Assembly: GCA_021734445.1 (NCBI GenBank)
Contig: JAIPIY010000001.1
Span: forward strand, 31,849 to 95,848
Source of the DNA: Minisyncoccota bacterium
GTDB lineage: Bacteria; Patescibacteriota; Minisyncoccia; Phycocordibacterales; UBA1006
Reading direction: 5' to 3'
Length of the DNA: 64,000 nt
In this document: positions 59,762-64,000 of the stretch, one piece after another
Numbering within the stretch: the stretch's first letter is position 1
Layout of the letters: every line of letters starts with the position of its first letter
Program-made: the position numbers and the translations under genes
The notes under the pieces: model-generated
The model's database searches: none
The model's input: the letters and a program-made list of their open reading frames with translations, nothing else
Told to the model about the DNA's origin: nothing

Positions 59762-60537
59762 ATATATTCTGCAATACGTCGTGATGTTTTTTTAAACAAA
59801 AGAATGCTGAGAACCAGAAATCCTATACAAGCCAATACCATAATAATAACATGATGTGTTTGTGCAAATAAATCAGAAATGAGTCCCTGTTTAGAAAAAT
59901 GAATAATAAATGCAAGAGGACTGACAAGTAACCATCGGTGCAAATATTCTGGTAACATCACCAGTGGATACACGATAGGTGATGCATACATTAATATCGA
60001 TACAAGAACCTCCCATATCATAGAAACATCCCGAAACCGAACAAATAAAGGGGCTAAAATAAATGAACAGGCAAGAATGAAAATATACAATAAAATAATA
60101 GAACCCAAAAAGAATATTATTCCACCTACGCTTGGCATTTTTCCATAATAGATAAAAAATCCAACTACCACGACCAAATTAGTAATAAATACTAACAAAG
60201 AATGTAATGTTGACGATACAACCAATGTCCATCGGGGCAAAGCAATTTTGGTTACCAATTGTCCTTTTGATAACAATGCAGACATTCCCGATGATGTTCC
60301 CTCTGCAAAAAAATTAAACATTAAAAATGCGGTTAACAATTCCAGGGTATAAAAAGGAGTACCCATGTTTTTAAAATTAAAAATAGAACTGAAAACAAAA
60401 TTTAATACCAAAAAAAACAACAGCGGTTTCAATAATGCCCAAATATACCCCAGCCAAGAATTTTGATATCGCAAAAGAAAATCCGTCTTTGCAAGACGTA
60501 TAATTAATTCTTTATAAGTAAACAATGAAGATAACAT
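59758..60537 (-). CDS. wzm: Polysaccharide ABC exporter permease
   Basis: DFLLRYQNSWLGYIWALLKPL, RFRDV, YASPIVYP; overlaps wzt start. Confidence 0.9.
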   Translation of the reverse strand: MLSSLFTYKELIIRLAKTDFLLRYQNSWLGYIWALLKPLLFFLVLNFVFSSIFNFKNMGTPFYTLELLTAFLMFNFFAEGTSSGMSALLSKGQLVTKIALPRWTLVVSSTLHSLLVFITNLVVVVGFFIYYGKMPSVGGIIFFLGSIILLYIFILACSFILAPLFVRFRDVSMIWEVLVSILMYASPIVYPLVMLPEYLHRWLLVSPLAFIIHFSKQGLISDLFAQTHHVIIMVLACIGFLVLSILLFKKTSRRIAEYI

Positions 60538-60543
60538 ATATGA

Positions 60544-61677
60544 TTAACAAAGATACTTTTCCAGTATACCAGAAATTACTGATCGGTGAGTAACGGTAAT
60601 CTCTCCTGTTCTTTCTTTAATGTTCTCTGTCAGAGATACATTTTTCACCATAAGAAGATGTTTCAAAGATTCTCTGCTATATCCAATAGGAAACAAGTCC
60701 TGGGTATACCACATATTCGTATCAGTATTTTGTGTAATAATGGGTACACCATAGATCATTGCATTTACAATCTTACCACTACCCTGCAGAGAATCTTTTT
60801 GCTTTGGATCGATACACACACCGGCAATTGATAACAGTTCAGATAAGGTATTTGCTGATAACGGACTTATGACAGTGTATGCATCTTTAGGGATATCATT
60901 TGGAATGAGTAACATTTTCGCAGGACCACCTGCAATGACCCAAAACACATCTTTATTTTCTCGTATCATATTCCAGACAGCAGATACATTTTTATCAAAT
61001 GAAAACCCTCCTGCATATACAACAATAGGTACATCAGATGGAAGATGATATTTTTGATATATAGTATTTTTGTCATGTGTGTGCAATTCTACAGATGGCA
61101 CATCAGGTAAAAATACCACCCGATCTATACGAAATTCTTGTATATGCGCCATTAATTCTAATGAACTGGTCGTACACAGGGCTGGCAATGTATATATCCA
61201 TGCCTCGATTCGAGATACTATTTTTTTCACTATATTATTATGTATATTGAGTTCTTTTACCAACCCTCCATGAAAATCACCAATGATTTCAATATTTTTC
61301 CAAAAAAATATTCTTTTACACAGCCAACCAATACATACACCCTCGTAAAGATGTGCATAGATACAAATATTTTTTTGCTGTGATTGTATAATATTTTTAA
61401 TCAACGTATTTAATAACAAAACATCAAATAAAAAACGTGACCAATGAAAACCCATTGGCAGTGTATTGATCCAAAACAAAGGATTCCAACATCTGACAAC
61501 AGAAATATGTTTCGGTGTTTCCCCAAAAGGATACGTGTATACCGTAGCATTATATCCCAAATCCAAAAGTGTTTTTACAAAAGCATACACACGAAAAGAA
61601 GTCCCTCGAGATGAAAGAAATACCGTCGGGGCAACCACAAATATAGAGGTATTTTTTTTCATCTCTTTTTGCTTCAT
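60544..61677 (-). CDS. Glycosyltransferase family 4-like
   Basis: SRGTSFR, AHLYEG, DFHG, VYAGG, SGKIVNAM..GVPII. Confidence 0.8.
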   Translation of the reverse strand: MKQKEMKKNTSIFVVAPTVFLSSRGTSFRVYAFVKTLLDLGYNATVYTYPFGETPKHISVVRCWNPLFWINTLPMGFHWSRFLFDVLLLNTLIKNIIQSQQKNICIYAHLYEGVCIGWLCKRIFFWKNIEIIGDFHGGLVKELNIHNNIVKKIVSRIEAWIYTLPALCTTSSLELMAHIQEFRIDRVVFLPDVPSVELHTHDKNTIYQKYHLPSDVPIVVYAGGFSFDKNVSAVWNMIRENKDVFWVIAGGPAKMLLIPNDIPKDAYTVISPLSANTLSELLSIAGVCIDPKQKDSLQGSGKIVNAMIYGVPIITQNTDTNMWYTQDLFPIGYSRESLKHLLMVKNVSLTENIKERTGEITVTHRSVISGILEKYLC

Positions 61678-61748
61678 ATATATAATATGAATGATTATAT
61701 ACTATATTTTTAAATATATCTCATCTATACCAAAATTCACCATAGGTA

Positions 61749-61782
61749 AAAAATAAAAGCAACAGAGGTTGCTTTTATTTTT
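61749..61782 (-). terminator. Intrinsic terminator
   Basis: AAAAATAAAAGCAAC-agag-GTTGCTTTTATTTTT. Confidence 0.8.
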
Positions 61783-61804
61783 AGTACTATCTGTGATGTA
61801 GATA

Positions 61805-62740
61805 TTATCTACCCAATAATGCTTTTATAACTGCAAGAGTTTTTGGACCAACGATACCATCTACAGTAAGTCCATGTTTTTCTTGGAATTTTTTTACTGC
61901 TGCATCTGTCAAGGGACCAAAATATCTTGTTTCGTTTCCAGGTGATCCGGCACCAACTACTGCAAGTTGTGTCGCAGGGTCACTGTTAAGGAATTGTTGA
62001 AGTTTCAGAACATCATCTCCTAACATGGAAATACGTAATGTTCTTTCAAGTATTTCTGATAGATTCATATCACCCCCCAGAGATTGTAATTGAGCTTGAA
62101 GAATTGCAACCATATGGAGCAATAATCCACGTAGTTGATTTTGCAATGTTGGAACATCAGATGATAATAGTATTGGATTAATAGCTGAACTACTTCCTCC
62201 TGAAGAACCACCTCCGCCACCAGAACTACATGCAGAAGTTGATTTAGTTGTAGCGTTATTATTCCATATATTTCCACCAGCATCTTCAGATAATACACGA
62301 ACATCATATTCAGTACCACAAGTAAGACCGGTAATAGTTACCGTATATTCATCAGCTGTTTCTAATTCAGGATCAGTAGATGCATCATAGTCACCTTCAC
62401 CATATTCTACAGAGTTTGTTGCAGTATAGGTTGTTGTATAGGTAACAGCAAGAGTTGTTTTTGTTGTATCAATAGAATTAATCACTGCAGATCCATCGTC
62501 TCCAAAGAATCCATAGTCACTGTAATTATTTACACCAGATTTAAAACTGTAACCATATCCATATCCATCACCATTATCATAACCATAACCATAACCATAA
62601 CCAAACTCCAACAGAGGAAGTGTTGTTCGATAGAACTGTGCATAGGCAACAGCACCGCCGGCAAATGCAAAAATCATACCTAATACAAGCATTTTTTGTA
62701 TTGAAATATTTAGCCCACGTAATGTATTTTTAATATTCAT
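61805..62740 (-). CDS. Secreted protein with (GY)n motif, fn3-like domain and C-terminal PG_binding_1 domain
   Basis: Start MNIKNT; [26 protein letters not shown]; VEYG..TGLTCGTEY..SEDAGGN; DVLKLQQFLN..FGPLTDAAVKKFQ..DGIVGPKT. Confidence 0.85.
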   Translation of the reverse strand: MNIKNTLRGLNISIQKMLVLGMIFAFAGGAVAYAQFYRTTLPLLEFGYGYGYGYDNGDGYGYGYSFKSGVNNYSDYGFFGDDGSAVINSIDTTKTTLAVTYTTTYTATNSVEYGEGDYDASTDPELETADEYTVTITGLTCGTEYDVRVLSEDAGGNIWNNNATTKSTSACSSGGGGGSSGGSSSAINPILLSSDVPTLQNQLRGLLLHMVAILQAQLQSLGGDMNLSEILERTLRISMLGDDVLKLQQFLNSDPATQLAVVGAGSPGNETRYFGPLTDAAVKKFQEKHGLTVDGIVGPKTLAVIKALLGR

Positions 62741-62900
62741 AATCTTTTTCTTTATATTGTTATTAATGGCACTTTGCACAAGATACTTATAGTATAGGCA
62801 ATTTTTGAATATAAAACAAGAAGTTATCCACAGTTTTGCATAAAACAAAATTAACCCCAAAACTACAATAAATCATAAAAAAGTGTATACTAAAAACGCA

Positions 62901-64000
62901 ATGAGTACACAACACCAATCATGGCATACCTATGTATTTCTCATCCTCTTTTTCTTGATATTGGTCGGAGGGGCTTTTTTACGTTTTTACAAATTAGGAC
63001 ATCAGTCATTATGGATTGACGAAGGGTATTCCATCAACGCCAGTCAGGCAGTACTAGACCATGGATACCCGACATTGGATTCCGGTGAAAATTATACTGG
63101 TCATATATTCTCCACCTACATCATTGCGGGTTCTATGCAATTATTTGGTTTTGAACCCTATTCCCCATGGAGCGCCCGATTACCTTCGGTGTTATTTGGC
63201 ATCGGCGTTATATTCATGACCTACATGTTTGCCTACCGATTAACAGAAAACCGCTGGGTCGCATTGGGGGCAATGTTATTTGTCGCATTTTTGCCCTGGG
63301 AAATTGCCTGGTCACGTCAAGCCCGCGGATATGTGATGTTACAATTTTTCCTTCTTTTGACATTTGATAAACTGATATACATTATCAAAAGCATTCATAC
63401 AGATGATTTTAAAAATAAATTACAGCATCTGGGATTATTATTATTGTATGCCATTTTAGGTTTTCTCAGTCACGGAATCGGTATCGCATTTATTATACCC
63501 ATTGTCATACTATTGGGAATAGTAGTATATACACAGAGAAAAAATAGCTCACCTTGGTTATGGATGACAACCGCGATTATGGGTGCTTATGTTTTGTATC
63601 GTGGAATTAAATATGTATTTAATGTATCTCTTGAAAATTATTTTTCTTCTTATGCGCATTTTCTGCTACAACAGTATCCACTAGAAACAGTGTTTACCAT
63701 TGTTGGTATTATCAGCATGTTTTTCTTTGCCCAGAAAAAAATCAACGCCGTATGTATTACCGCAGGCATTGGTATTCCTGTTATTGTTTTGTCTTTGTAT
63801 ACATCAATACAGATGCGCTATTTAGTACCCTTGATACCCTTTTTAGGTAGTATGATTTCTTATGGAATATATAATACGATTGATCTATCTCAAAAAACAT
63901 TCTTTCCTGATTTTAATAGAAAACATATAATTGGATGCATCAGCATGGTTGGGATTATTCTATTATTGGTATTACAGCCTGCATCATTTATCCCCCAATC
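62901..64000 (+). CDS. Second GT-C membrane glycosyltransferase, paralog of 51895-53376 (runs off the window; absent from ORF track)
   Basis: Manual translation MSTQHQ..LRFYKLGHQSLWIDEGYSINA..PYSPWSARLP..PWEIAWSRQARGY; TATACT just upstream. Confidence 0.88.
   Translation, partial: MSTQHQSWHTYVFLILFFLILVGGAFLRFYKLGHQSLWIDEGYSINASQAVLDHGYPTLDSGENYTGHIFSTYIIAGSMQLFGFEPYSPWSARLPSVLFGIGVIFMTYMFAYRLTENRWVALGAMLFVAFLPWEIAWSRQARGYVMLQFFLLLTFDKLIYIIKSIHTDDFKNKLQHLGLLLLYAILGFLSHGIGIAFIIPIVILLGIVVYTQRKNSSPWLWMTTAIMGAYVLYRGIKYVFNVSLENYFSSYAHFLLQQYPLETVFTIVGIISMFFFAQKKINAVCITAGIGIPVIVLSLYTSIQMRYLVPLIPFLGSMISYGIYNTIDLSQKTFFPDFNRKHIIGCISMVGIILLLVLQPASFIPQ

Noticed and set aside
62824-62832. Perfect DnaA box TTATCCACA (others near 51501 and 56467)
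   Set aside because: Isolated copies, two inside CDSs; no cluster or dnaA/dnaN nearby, so oriC is unsupported
63167-63367. 66-aa plus-strand ORF in the track
   Set aside because: Out-of-frame shadow of the real GT-C gene starting at 62901
1-64000. Alternative genetic code (TGA=Gly as in Gracilibacteria)
   Set aside because: Conserved genes translate full length in code 11 and TGA ends some of them at the expected place (e.g. wzm, beta-CASP gene)

Overview
Low-GC bacterial chromosome segment read in the standard genetic code. It is most consistent with a Patescibacteria/CPR (Parcubacteria-like) genome: no rpmD between rpsE and rplO, archaeal-type PyrH and Cmk, few Shine-Dalgarno sites, many apparently leaderless genes, and large secreted peptidoglycan-binding proteins. 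Housekeeping content: HK/RR pair, recG, mscL, ftsH, smpB-ssrA, truB, infC-rpmI-rplT, ndk, map-pyrH-adk, cmk, the distal spc operon (rpsN-secY), a peptidoglycan cluster (glmM, GlmU N-domain, alr, murE, murD, murC) and nrdAB. The 3' quarter (48.7-64 kb) is a surface-glycan locus: wzm/wzt, a sulfotransferase, a sulfotransferase-coiled coil-RgpF-GT fusion, and WsaF-like and GT4 glycosyltransferases. It is bracketed twice by the same divergent pair, a secreted (GY)n-repeat protein and a GT-C membrane glycosyltransferase; this is a candidate dedicated protein-glycosylation system. Non-coding highlights: tRNA-Ile with a UAU anticodon, two tandem covarying hairpin elements beginning with an inverted copy of the tmRNA 3' end, a ~290-nt structured ORF-less transcription unit, and a ~160-nt rod-shaped RNA with its own promoter and terminator. 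All family calls come from motif recognition by eye; no database searches were run.
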